A program made the translations under genes and the position numbers. The notes below the pieces were generated by a model. The model had not been told where the DNA came from and made no database searches. It saw only the letters and a program-made list of their open reading frames with translations. From an uncultured Eubacteriales bacterium (lineage in GTDB: Bacteria > Actinomycetota > Coriobacteriia > Anaerosomatales > JAAXUF01), in assembly GCA_964541375.1 (NCBI GenBank), contig CAZIPT010000002.1, positions 445-64,444 on the forward strand: a DNA stretch of 64,000 nt, read 5' to 3'. The number at the start of each line of letters is the position of its first letter. Position 1 is the stretch's first letter. Below, one piece after another: positions 25,701 to 34,869 of the stretch.

Positions 25701-27011
25701 TGGACCGCCGACACGGCCTACACCAAGCTCTACGCCACCCCTTACGGCTGGGACCCCAAGGCGACCATCGCCAGCGTCGGGAACTCGACCGACTTCAAGC
25801 TGGCCGGCAACCTGTCGAGTGCCGCGATCGACTTCGCGACAGTTGGCGTGACGGTCGGGGACGGCACCACCTATGCGTCGCTCGTTCCCTCCGCAGACAC
25901 CAGGGTCAACGGTGCAGAGTTCGTCGCCGAGATGATCTTCCGCGAGTGGGCGGCCGGCAATGGCAGCACGGGTGCGGGCATCTACACGACGCCCAACGGC
26001 ACGACGACTTCGGGCGGCACGCTCTGGATCTACGTCGAGGGATACGATCAGTCCGGCAAGACCGGGCGTCTCTATCCCGAGTACACTGACTGGGGAGTGT
26101 TCAACCGTTCCAAGAGCCGCGATCGCCAGGATCCGTACGGCGTGCTTGCCACCCACAAGTGGGGCTACTGCTGGCTCGTCAATCGTCGCGTGTTCTACAA
26201 CAACAACGAGATCGCCGGCGACCAGCCGGACTTCTTCATGAGTCCCGACTCGTGCACGCGCCTCTTCGCGCCCGATGTCACGCAGCCCGCATGGACTCCC
26301 ACGGGCAGCACGATCTACAACTACGCGCGTTGGTACCGGACGATCGGCGCTCCCACCAAGCACGTGCTTGCAGACAAGCCGCTCTTCAGTAACGGTTTGA
26401 AGCCGAGCGTCCACGTCGTCCCCGGACGGTTCCCGTCTCACGTGGAGCCCTACGAGACGCCGTCGCCCGCGATCGCCGATGACCCGACCAACGGGTTCGG
26501 CTACAACTCCACACTCGACACCGCCATCAATGCGGTCGGAGCCAGGAACCTCCTGTACTCGGGCTCAGCGGTCGGCACGTCGAGCACGTACCCGCTCGTT
26601 CTGACTACCGTCCGGTGTGTGGAGCACTTCCAGGGTGGCCCGATCACCCGTAACAACTGGTTCAACGTCGAGCTCGAGCCGCAGCCGTGGATCGAGATCA
26701 ACTCGGCGGACGCACGTATTGCAGGAATCAAGGACGGCAACATGGTACGAGTCGTCACTGCCCGTGTTGCCGACAATGCCGGCAACTTCGTGAGTCCGGC
26801 CAACTACGGCCAGGGGTTCATCGCACGTGTCGGCAGTGGTCTCTCCGCAGGTCAGAAGGTCGCCGCCGGCGTCGTTGCGATTCCGTGGCACTGGGGAGAG
26901 AAGGGTCTTTCGACCGGCTCCCGCGCCAACGACCTCACCATCGACGCGATGGACGCGAACACCACGATTCCAGAGTTCAAGGCCTGTCTTTGCCGCATCG
27001 AGAAGATATAG
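22794..27011 (+). CDS. Tat-exported Mo/W-bis-MGD oxidoreductase catalytic subunit, FdnG-like formate dehydrogenase, with selenocysteine encoded by the in-frame TGA at 23523-23525
   Basis: Twin-arginine signal GISRRAFVTSAAVAATAAG. N-terminal Fe-S motif CPYCSASCGQ...GGLCAKG. ORFs 22602-23525 and 23538-27011 are in the same frame and are separated only by a TGA. The junction reads EHQARI-U-HSSTVAGLAAAFGRGAMTNHW, close to E. coli FdnG NQARVUHGPTVASLAPTFGRGAMTNHW. The conserved ALRGIHNVQG Arg is present. The gene has 1405 codons. Confidence 0.85.
23523..23555 (+). promoter_or_regulatory. UGA-Sec recoding site with SECIS hairpin
   Basis: UGA CAC AGC UCC ACG GUGGCC GGUCU GGCCGCC. The stem is 7 bp (one G-U pair). 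The apical GGUC begins 19 nt after the UGA, the same loop sequence and spacing as I recall for E. coli fdhF (UGA CAC GGC CCA UCG GUU GCA GGUC UGC). Confidence 0.8.
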
Positions 27012-27024
27012 GGAGGTGTGACCG

Positions 27025-27990
27025 ATGACTGTTATGGCAATCCTGCAAGACGTCGACAAGTGCATGAGATGCAACGGGTGCGTAACGGCCTGCAAGCGTG
27101 AGTGGAACCTCAAGCTGCCGACCGATATCTCCCAAGTGATCCCGCAGAAGTCAATCGTCAACCCGCGTCAGCGCCTCGCTATCAAGAGCCTGCGGCGCGG
27201 AGACATGGGACCGCACATGAGGTTTTCGTGTTGGCACTGCCCTGATGCCCCGTGCATCAAGGAGTGTCCGCGCGGTGCGATCAAGCAAGAGGCAACCGGT
27301 GCCGTCAGTGTGAACACCGGGCTGTGCGCACCGACTCTCTGCAAGGCGGGCCCCGGCCCCAGGCCTTGTGAGATCGGCTGCCAGCAGGGTGGGTATCCCA
27401 AGGTGGGTCCTGCCTACGAGACCGGTCAGTATGCCGGTCAGGTCAAGATGAACAAGTGCACGCTCTGTACCGGTCGCGCCGGAGCCGACGGTGTCGTAGA
27501 CGCCGCCACCGCTCTGCCGACCAGGTCGACCAGAGTCCAGACTTCGGTCGATCCCGCTCCCAAGACGTACGTCTGGCCGAGTCCTTTGGTGCTCCCGAGT
27601 GGCGGAACGCTGACCGATGTCAACGTCCCTGAACTCGCCCACGAGCCGGCGTGCGTCTCGTCGTGCCCCGCGAAGGCCATGAAGTGGGACTCCAAGGCCA
27701 ACATCCTGAAGTACCTGCAGGACCCGGCCAACGGATACACCCTGGCCGGCGGCACGCAGAACTGGATCGGCAACGGCGGCGTCTACTGGGCGTCGAGGAA
27801 CACCAGGATTGTTCCGCCGAAGGCCGACCCGTTCGTCGAAGATCACCTCACGCCCATGGTGAGCAGCGTGGTTTCAGGAGGCAGCAAGCTCATGATTCCG
27901 GCTCTGCTGCTCGGCGGTTTCGCAGTGGTCTCCATGCGGCGCACCAAGGTTCAGGCCGAAGCCAACGATCTGTCAGCAAGGGAGGTGTAG
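27025..27990 (+). CDS. FdnH-like 4Fe-4S cluster subunit with a C-terminal TM anchor
   Basis: GGGAGGTG lies upstream. Ferredoxin motifs are CMRCNGCVTAC, CWHCPDAPCIKECP, CTLCTGR and CVSSCP. The C-terminal helix is LMIPALLLGGFAVVSM. Confidence 0.85.
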   Translation: MTVMAILQDVDKCMRCNGCVTACKREWNLKLPTDISQVIPQKSIVNPRQRLAIKSLRRGDMGPHMRFSCWHCPDAPCIKECPRGAIKQEATGAVSVNTGLCAPTLCKAGPGPRPCEIGCQQGGYPKVGPAYETGQYAGQVKMNKCTLCTGRAGADGVVDAATALPTRSTRVQTSVDPAPKTYVWPSPLVLPSGGTLTDVNVPELAHEPACVSSCPAKAMKWDSKANILKYLQDPANGYTLAGGTQNWIGNGGVYWASRNTRIVPPKADPFVEDHLTPMVSSVVSGGSKLMIPALLLGGFAVVSMRRTKVQAEANDLSAREV

Positions 27991-27996
27991 GACCGC

Positions 27997-29280
27997 ATGA
28001 AAGCTTCACGACTCTTCTTCGCAACTGTCCTCGTCGCCCTTGCCGCACTGGCATTGCCGACGGCCGCGTTCGCGAACTTCGCGATTCACGGCAACTATCT
28101 GAAGGACACCGATGCGTGTGCCGGTTGTCACCGCGCACACACGTCAGTCAGCACCATCGGCTGGACCGATGCCAATAACAATCAGCACTCTTCAGCTCTG
28201 CTGGTGACATCTGCAACTGAGATGTGGCAGTTCTGCTACGCCTGCCACGACGCTACGAGCCAGGGTGCCGATACCAACGTTCAGCAGGGTATCTGGGAAG
28301 GCGACTCAACCTACGGGACTCCCGGCGGTCTTCTCAACGGCGGCGGTTTCGACTCGCTCGCCGAGACGGCCACAACGTCGACGCACATGTACAAGGGCTC
28401 TTCGTGGGGCGCGTACGGCGGAGGTTACGCCGGTAACACCAAGGCGCAGAACTACGGTATAGCCGCCGACGGCAGCACGGCTGGGCAGGGCGCCAACGCG
28501 TTCATGACCGGCACCGGCAACTCCATCAAGATGGATTGCGCCAGCTGTCACGACCCGCACGGGAGCGCGAACTACCGCATCCTGAAGGCCGTCGTCAACG
28601 GCAATCCTGTCGGTGGCTATGGTCCAGGCAACGGACCGGGCGGGGCGCAGGATCCCAACCCCAACGGTTTCGTCTCTTCTGTCGAGACCGGCTGGCCTGT
28701 TAACGGCTTCCGACTCCACACGCAGTATCCCGAGTACAAGCCGAACTACACGACCCCCATGTACGCCAGAGGCTACGACATGGGAACCTTGACCACCGCC
28801 ACTGCGGGACCCACCAACGTGGACAAGGGCATGAGCGGTTGGTGCGCTGGTTGTCACAGCACGTATCTGGGACAGCTGTCCGGCGTTCCGGCTAGCTTCG
28901 CCACAACGTACAACGCTGGTGACGGCGGCGGCCTCGCAGTTCGTCACAAGCACCCGATCAACGTGCCTCTGACCAACTACGAAGGCCCGGACGCGGCCAA
29001 CATGGTCAAGGACAGCTCATCTGGCCTGCCTTTGGCTCATGGCAAGAACGAGCAGGGTAACCCAGTTACCAACGAGGACGACTGGATCGAGTGTCTGACC
29101 TGCCACCGTGCCCACGGTACGGCAGCTTCGATGAGCGGCTGGGCATCCAATGCCGGAGCCGCATCAGTCGTAGGTACTGACGGGCTTGCCTCCAACAAGT
29201 TTGTTGCGGCCGGCGCCGTTCCGTCAGCACTGCTTCGCTATGACAACCGTGGCGTCTGCGAAAGGTGCCACAACAAGTAG
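27997..29280 (+). CDS. Secreted hexahaem c-type cytochrome
   Basis: GGGAGGTG lies upstream. It has a Sec signal peptide and six CxxCH motifs (CAGCH, CYACH, CASCH, CAGCH, CLTCH, CERCH). Confidence 0.85.
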   Translation: MKASRLFFATVLVALAALALPTAAFANFAIHGNYLKDTDACAGCHRAHTSVSTIGWTDANNNQHSSALLVTSATEMWQFCYACHDATSQGADTNVQQGIWEGDSTYGTPGGLLNGGGFDSLAETATTSTHMYKGSSWGAYGGGYAGNTKAQNYGIAADGSTAGQGANAFMTGTGNSIKMDCASCHDPHGSANYRILKAVVNGNPVGGYGPGNGPGGAQDPNPNGFVSSVETGWPVNGFRLHTQYPEYKPNYTTPMYARGYDMGTLTTATAGPTNVDKGMSGWCAGCHSTYLGQLSGVPASFATTYNAGDGGGLAVRHKHPINVPLTNYEGPDAANMVKDSSSGLPLAHGKNEQGNPVTNEDDWIECLTCHRAHGTAASMSGWASNAGAASVVGTDGLASNKFVAAGAVPSALLRYDNRGVCERCHNK

Positions 29281-29312
29281 GCTCGCCAGAGCGAAGATTC
29301 TTGGTATCGTCG

Positions 29313-29342
29313 GAAGGGTCGGGGGTGAAACCCCGACCCTTC
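29313..29342 (+). terminator. Strong hairpin after the cytochrome gene (terminator or attenuator)
   Basis: GAAGGGTCGGGG-GTGAAA-CCCCGACCCTTC, a perfect 12-bp stem 33 nt after the stop. The downstream run is TCTCTCG, so the U-tract is poor. Confidence 0.6.
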
Positions 29343-29393
29343 TCTCGACGTAGGGTTGTTTCGGCAGAGATGCGATGCAACAGAAGGAGCCCG

Positions 29394-30833
29394 GTGAACG
29401 CTCGTCTCGTCACTGCAGCGGTGTTCTCGGCCGCCGTGCTGAGCACCCTCTCGTCGTTCCTCGTGACGACGGTCGCCATGGACTCGCTTCCCGACGCCGT
29501 GCTTGTGGGTGTCAGCACGGTCGTCGCGTTCCTGGTCGTCGTCACAGCGGGAGGCTGGCGGGTCGCCGAGCAGATCCGTGGCCTGGAGCGGACGACACTC
29601 GCGCTCGCACTTGTTGGAGGGGCGCTGACCTTGTGGGCGGCCCCCTTCCTCGCTCTGTCCCAGCGTGCAACAAGCGCCCCCTCGGGCGCTGACTCGCTCT
29701 TCTTCACCACGACCCTCTGGAGCGTTCTGGTGGTGTTCGGCGCGTATGTGATCCGGACCCAGCGCCCCGCTCTGACCGCTATCGCCGGCGCCGTGTGCGC
29801 GGCAGCGGGTGCCATGGGGCTGCTCGCGAGCTGGGAGTATCCGAGTTCGTTCGCACCGTTCGCGAAGTTTCCTGTCCGAGAGTCACTCATGTTGGTCGCC
29901 GGAGTCCTTTTCGCGGTCGGCATGCTGGCCCTTACTGAGGCCGCGCGAAGGATCGGTGCTCGCTACGCGGCGACGTTGGGTCTGGGCGGGGCTGCGGTGC
30001 TCGGCACGCTCGCCTGCCTGCCGAGGCTTCCTGCGGTAGTCTCGGCAGGTGTCTCGGCGTGGAGGCCCAGCATCTATCTCGGCGTGATCACGGCCGTGTT
30101 TGCGGTGAGCTTGCTGTGGACGGCCGCTCAGGTGGGAGCCGCACGTGCCTCAGCAGCGCTGCTGTTGGTTGCTCCCGCGATGACGGCGTTATCGGCGTAC
30201 GAGCAGGCCACCTCGGTCTACGGAGTGCTGCCGTTCGCCATGCGTGGGGTGTTGACGGGTTCGGCGATCGTGGTGGTCGGAGCGGCTGTCCTCTGGCTGT
30301 CTGAGCTCGACAGGAAGCCGTCTCGTGCACTCCGTGACAGGGTCACCGCAGCTGCTCTGTGGGTTGCGGTCGGGTCGTGCGCGCTTGCGGCCGTCTCACT
30401 GGTCACTCCGGCGCTCGACGCGCTGTCGGAGGGCCACATAACCGCGACCTTCCGCGCGGCGTGGGTGATGCTCGGCTACGAATCGGCCGCCGGCTGGATG
30501 CCGGTCGCGGCAGCGCTGCTGGCACTCGCGGCCGTACTCGAGGCCCGCCGCGGGCAGGAGGCGCGCGCCTGGGTCGCGGCGTCTGCGGCGGTGTTCGCCT
30601 GCGCGCTCGCGATGACGCTTCTCTCGGCGACGACGATCCACACCTGGAATAGCTGGGTCCCAGCCGAGGTCCAGCAGACATACGGCACGGAGTATGCTCG
30701 CTTGTCGGTATCGGCCATCGTCGATCCCGTGAGGGTAGGAGCGATGGCGCTCGCTGTTGTCTCGGCAGGTCTGCTCGGGCTGTCTGCCGCTCAGGACGCC
30801 AGAACCGCTCGTTCAACGGAAGCAGGTTCGTGA
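29394..30833 (+). CDS. Polytopic integral membrane protein (about 12 or more hydrophobic segments), unassigned
   Basis: GTG start with GAAGGAG 5 nt upstream (alternative ATG at 29370). The composition is Ala/Leu/Val-rich. There are only two His residues, so it is not an FdnI-type dihaem cytochrome b. Confidence 0.6.
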   Translation: MNARLVTAAVFSAAVLSTLSSFLVTTVAMDSLPDAVLVGVSTVVAFLVVVTAGGWRVAEQIRGLERTTLALALVGGALTLWAAPFLALSQRATSAPSGADSLFFTTTLWSVLVVFGAYVIRTQRPALTAIAGAVCAAAGAMGLLASWEYPSSFAPFAKFPVRESLMLVAGVLFAVGMLALTEAARRIGARYAATLGLGGAAVLGTLACLPRLPAVVSAGVSAWRPSIYLGVITAVFAVSLLWTAAQVGAARASAALLLVAPAMTALSAYEQATSVYGVLPFAMRGVLTGSAIVVVGAAVLWLSELDRKPSRALRDRVTAAALWVAVGSCALAAVSLVTPALDALSEGHITATFRAAWVMLGYESAAGWMPVAAALLALAAVLEARRGQEARAWVAASAAVFACALAMTLLSATTIHTWNSWVPAEVQQTYGTEYARLSVSAIVDPVRVGAMALAVVSAGLLGLSAAQDARTARSTEAGS

Positions 30834-31684
30834 TGAGGTCCAGTCACGCGATGAAGGTCTCGCTGGCGCTCACCTTGGTGCTGCTCACGACCTTGTCGGC
30901 GACAGGCTGTCAGCGCAAGGTCGAGGTCCAGTCCGGTACGCGCACCGTGTGCACCTCGGGAGAGGTCATTTCCGACAACGTCACGACCATCAAGGTGCCC
31001 GCGAACAAAGCTGGCGCCTACCGAGTGAACACCGTTGTGGTGACGTGCGACAAACATGCGAAGGCGCCGACGCTCTACGCGGAGGCCCAGACCGCGCTGG
31101 CTGCCGGCGACACGAAGCTCGCCGCATCCAAGCTCGCCCAGGTCCTTGCGCTCGATCCGACGTACCGCAAAGCCAAAGAGCAGGCCGCTTCGATCGCCAA
31201 GGGCGGCAAGCCAGCGCCTGACACGACGCCCGCCCCCAGTGCTCCGACCACCGTGACAACGCCGATCACGCCTCCCAAGCCTGGTGAGGATCCAGGGACC
31301 GTCGGCGCGCTGGGAAAGTGGACGCCCGACACTATCACGGGTTTTGCGGCGGGCAAGGTGCTGTCGGATGCGCTGACCGTGTCTCGCGAGTACGTCCCAA
31401 CGGGCTCCTCGCCAACCAAAGGACTGGTGATCGTAGCCGAGCAGTTCCGCACCGCTGCAGACGCGAAGCGCGGTGTAGAGCAGCAGGTCAAACGGACCCA
31501 TGGCAAGGACGCGGCGACGCTCAGTGTCAACGGGCACGACGCGTACTTTGGGACCGATGGCCGACGGTTCGCGGCGATCGGCTTCACCGACGGCGCGGTG
31601 ATGGTCGCACTCGAGCTGACCACGGACAAGTCGCCCCAGAACCTACGCTCACTCGCCGAGCAGGTCGCCAAGCAGCTGCCCTAG
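30830..31684 (+). CDS. Lipoprotein with a TPR-like helix pair, a Pro/Thr linker and an unassigned C-terminal domain
   Basis: The start (GTG 30830 or ATG 30833) overlaps the upstream TGA. Lipobox LSATGC. Confidence 0.6.
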   Translation: MMRSSHAMKVSLALTLVLLTTLSATGCQRKVEVQSGTRTVCTSGEVISDNVTTIKVPANKAGAYRVNTVVVTCDKHAKAPTLYAEAQTALAAGDTKLAASKLAQVLALDPTYRKAKEQAASIAKGGKPAPDTTPAPSAPTTVTTPITPPKPGEDPGTVGALGKWTPDTITGFAAGKVLSDALTVSREYVPTGSSPTKGLVIVAEQFRTAADAKRGVEQQVKRTHGKDAATLSVNGHDAYFGTDGRRFAAIGFTDGAVMVALELTTDKSPQNLRSLAEQVAKQLP

Positions 31685-31729
31685 GGTGCAGCGCGGCAAC
31701 CGCCTCATTCCAGCAGGGCCAGCCAGTCG

Positions 31730-32923
31730 CTAGCAGCTACCCGGTACCGAGCACGGCGCCGAGCGCTGGAACTCAGGCGTGGCTTCGAGGTGCGCGACGA
31801 GTTCGCTGCGGTCCGTCTCGGCGTGGAGCAGGCACGTGACGTCCTCGGCCATCGGATCGCCGGTGCGCTGCCAAGCCTTGGCGCGGCACCCGCGGCAGAT
31901 GCGCGAGTACTCGCACGCCTCCGGAGAGCACACTCCCTCGGACTCCTGCTGGTCGAGTTCGTAGAGCTCGCAGACCGCGTCCTGCAGAGAAGTCTCGCGG
32001 ACGTTGCCGATAGTCCAGTCCTGGGCGAACTGGCAGGGCATGATGCCGCCCTCGGAGTTTATGTTCATATGGCCCTTGCCCACCGGGCACGCCGAGATGG
32101 TCTTGAGGCGCTCGAGGCCGTTGGAGACGTCGACGCCGCGCGCGGTGAGCTGCTCGGCCACGTAGGGGATGAAGCTCGGCATCGCGCCGATGTCCCACTC
32201 CATCGTGGACTCCTCGGAGAGGATGTCGTCGATGATGAAGTCGCCCAGCTCGCGCCACTGCTCGGGCGTGATGCGGCCGTCGTCCTCGCCCTCGCTTCGG
32301 CCGGCGGTGATGAGGTCGCAGAAGTAGAGTAGGCCGACGTCAAGCTCCTTGGCCTCGGCGATGAGGTCGTAGATGTACGGCCAGGTGTCCTTGCTGATCG
32401 CGGTCTTGATGGCGACATTGACGCCCTCTTCGCGCAGCACCTTGATGGCCTCGATGACGCGGTCGCGGGTGCCGGGTACCCGGACCATCGCGTCGTGGAA
32501 ATCGGCGGGGCCGTAGAGCGAGGTGGCGATCCAGTCGATGCCTGCAGCACGCAGGCGCTTGGCGGCTGCGCGGTCCATCATCGTGCAGTTGGTCGAAACC
32601 GTGACGCGGATGTCGAGCTCGCGTGCAAGCTCGAGGATCTCCCAGAAGTTCGAGCGCATCATCGGCTCGCCTCCCGAGAGGAACAGTGCAGGCAGGCCGC
32701 GCTCGCCCATCTGGCGCACGAGGGCGATGGTCTCCTCATTGGTGAGCTCGTCGGGTCGAGTGTGGCCGTCGGCGGCCATGTAGCAGTGGTCGCAGAGGAG
32801 GTTGCAGCGGTTGGTTATGTTCCAGATGACGTCGCTGGGGCGGCCCAGCTTGTACGCCTTCACCGCGCGGTTCTCGACCGTGTCGAGCGGACCCTTGAAG
32901 AACAGTGACCGGACGTGTGCCAT
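31730..32923 (-). CDS. Radical SAM / SPASM-domain protein (AhbD/NirJ-like or other maturase)
   Basis: CNLLCDHC radical-SAM cluster motif and the SGGEP motif. The C-terminal Cys-rich SPASM region is CPVGKGHMNINSEGGIMPCQF...CSPEACEYSRICRGCRAKAW. GGAGG lies upstream of the chosen ATG. The ORF track extends to 33001. Confidence 0.8.
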   Translation of the reverse strand: MAHVRSLFFKGPLDTVENRAVKAYKLGRPSDVIWNITNRCNLLCDHCYMAADGHTRPDELTNEETIALVRQMGERGLPALFLSGGEPMMRSNFWEILELARELDIRVTVSTNCTMMDRAAAKRLRAAGIDWIATSLYGPADFHDAMVRVPGTRDRVIEAIKVLREEGVNVAIKTAISKDTWPYIYDLIAEAKELDVGLLYFCDLITAGRSEGEDDGRITPEQWRELGDFIIDDILSEESTMEWDIGAMPSFIPYVAEQLTARGVDVSNGLERLKTISACPVGKGHMNINSEGGIMPCQFAQDWTIGNVRETSLQDAVCELYELDQQESEGVCSPEACEYSRICRGCRAKAWQRTGDPMAEDVTCLLHAETDRSELVAHLEATPEFQRSAPCSVPGSC

Positions 32924-33108
32924 ACGAGTGCCTCCTACGTTCGGGCACCACCGTTTCGGCGCCCCCATGAGTGTTCGCGCACCATAGTATGCAACCCACA
33001 AGCCATGGGTGCGAGTTGTAACTATTGTTGCTGAAAGAGACTGAAGTCACTTCAGGTCGAGCTGCGACGGCACGGGCTCGGCGTGCGGGTACACTGGATG
33101 CAAAGGAG

Positions 33109-33960
33109 ATGGTCGCAATGGCGGAGGCACCACAGCTCCATTCGCTCGGCGATACTGTCGAGATCGCACCAGGCGTAGCGATGAATCGGCTCGGGCTCGG
33201 CACGTACAAGGCCAACGAGGGGCCGGACGTCGAGGGCGAGGTCGAGTCCGGGCTTTCGGTCGGCTATCGCCTCGTGGACACCGCCGCCCTGTACGGCAAC
33301 GAGGAGAGTGTCGGAATCGCTTTGCGCGCGAGCGGCATTCCGCGCGAGGAGCTGTTCGTGACCACCAAGTTGTGGAACACCGAGCAGGGGTACGACAGCA
33401 CGCTCGCAGCGTTCGATGCCAGCCTGGACGCGCTGGGCACCGGCTACGTCGACCTGTACCTGATCCACTGGGCGATGCCCGCGACCACCGCAGACACGTG
33501 GCGGGCGATGGAGGAGATCCTCGCGTCCGGTCGCACGCGCGCCATCGGGGTGTGCAACTTCCTTGCGCACCACATCGATCAGCTCATGGAATCAGCGAGC
33601 GTTCCTCCGGCCGTCAACCAGTTCGAGTTCCACACGCGTCTGCAGCAGCCGGAGCTCGTCGCTTACTGCCGGGCCAACAACATCACCATGCAGGCATGGG
33701 CGCCCATCATGCGCGGACGAGTCAACCTGATTCCGGAGCTTGTCGACATCGCTCAGCGACACCGCAAGACGCCGGCACAGGTCTCCATCCGCTGGATCCT
33801 GCAGCAGGGGATCACCACCATCCCCAAGTCGGTGCACTCCGACCGCATCGCCGAGAACGCCGCGGTCTACGACTTCGCGCTCTCCGACGCCGAGATGGCC
33901 GCCATTGCCGCGCTCGACGCCGCTGAGAGAATCGGCCCGGACCCCGACCGCTTCAGCTAG
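33109..33960 (+). CDS. Aldo/keto reductase (2,5-diketo-D-gluconate reductase-like)
   Basis: GYRLVDTAALYGNE, VDLYLIHW and IGVCNF motifs. The start is 33109 or 33118. Confidence 0.85.
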   Translation: MVAMAEAPQLHSLGDTVEIAPGVAMNRLGLGTYKANEGPDVEGEVESGLSVGYRLVDTAALYGNEESVGIALRASGIPREELFVTTKLWNTEQGYDSTLAAFDASLDALGTGYVDLYLIHWAMPATTADTWRAMEEILASGRTRAIGVCNFLAHHIDQLMESASVPPAVNQFEFHTRLQQPELVAYCRANNITMQAWAPIMRGRVNLIPELVDIAQRHRKTPAQVSIRWILQQGITTIPKSVHSDRIAENAAVYDFALSDAEMAAIAALDAAERIGPDPDRFS

Positions 33961-33983
33961 CGCGACCATCAGGAGGTAGGAGC

Positions 33984-34787
33984 ATGCGACACGGCCACAG
34001 GATCCTCGGAGCTGCGTGCATCGTCATGTTGGCGGTGCTGCTGGCTGCGGGATGCGCCAAGAAGACGCCCGTGACGGTCGCTCCTGTGGATAGCGGGACG
34101 CCGAGCGCGGCCTCGTCGACGACCCCGCCCCCATCACCACAGGTCGAACCTCCCCCCTCGGTCTCGTCGGGGCCGATCACCACGCCGGCCGCCGGTACCG
34201 ACGAGCGAACGGCGTTGATGGATGCCGCGCGCACGAAGCTGGGGACGACGTCGCAGTTCGTCGTGTACCAGCTCTTCGTGCAGGGCGATCACGCCGTCGG
34301 CGATATTGAGACCGCGTCCGGCGGAAAGAGGCAGTTCGTCGTTTTCAAGGGCGGCCCCGGGTGGGAGGCCGATTGGGTAGCGGCGTTTGGCTCGGCGGGC
34401 GCGTCCGAGGCAGGCGCGAAGGCCGGCGCACCCGGCGCCTCGAAGGAGCTTCTCGGCAAGATCGACTGGAAGTACAAGAAGCCGCCGAGCAGCACGGCGA
34501 TGCTGGCGAGCCTGTCGGCCGCGGCGAAGAAGTGGACCAAGTCGCTCATGGGCGGCGTCGGCGAGCCGTACAACGTCACGCTGGTGAAGGTCGCCAAGGA
34601 CAGCAAGGGAGTGTGGTGGGGAAGGGCGGTCGTACAGCCGTCCCCATCGGCCGGCAACTCGTACGAATCCATCGAGTTCTGGGCAAAGTACAGCGGCGGG
34701 TCGTGGAACGGCAAGGCCCAGGATCCCGAGCCGCCCGCGCCGAGCACGTACTTCCCGTCCTCGGTGATCGGGGCTCTCGGCTTGTAG
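33984..34787 (+). CDS. Lipoprotein, function unknown
   Basis: GGAGGTAGGAG lies upstream. Lipobox LLAAGC followed by a Pro/Ser-rich linker. Confidence 0.6.
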   Translation: MRHGHRILGAACIVMLAVLLAAGCAKKTPVTVAPVDSGTPSAASSTTPPPSPQVEPPPSVSSGPITTPAAGTDERTALMDAARTKLGTTSQFVVYQLFVQGDHAVGDIETASGGKRQFVVFKGGPGWEADWVAAFGSAGASEAGAKAGAPGASKELLGKIDWKYKKPPSSTAMLASLSAAAKKWTKSLMGGVGEPYNVTLVKVAKDSKGVWWGRAVVQPSPSAGNSYESIEFWAKYSGGSWNGKAQDPEPPAPSTYFPSSVIGALGL

Positions 34788-34869
34788 ACCCGATTTGACG
34801 GGCGTCAAAGACGAGGGGGTTGTCGGCGAGGATGCTGGAGCGTGTCCGCTCCCGCCCTTGGAGGAATGC

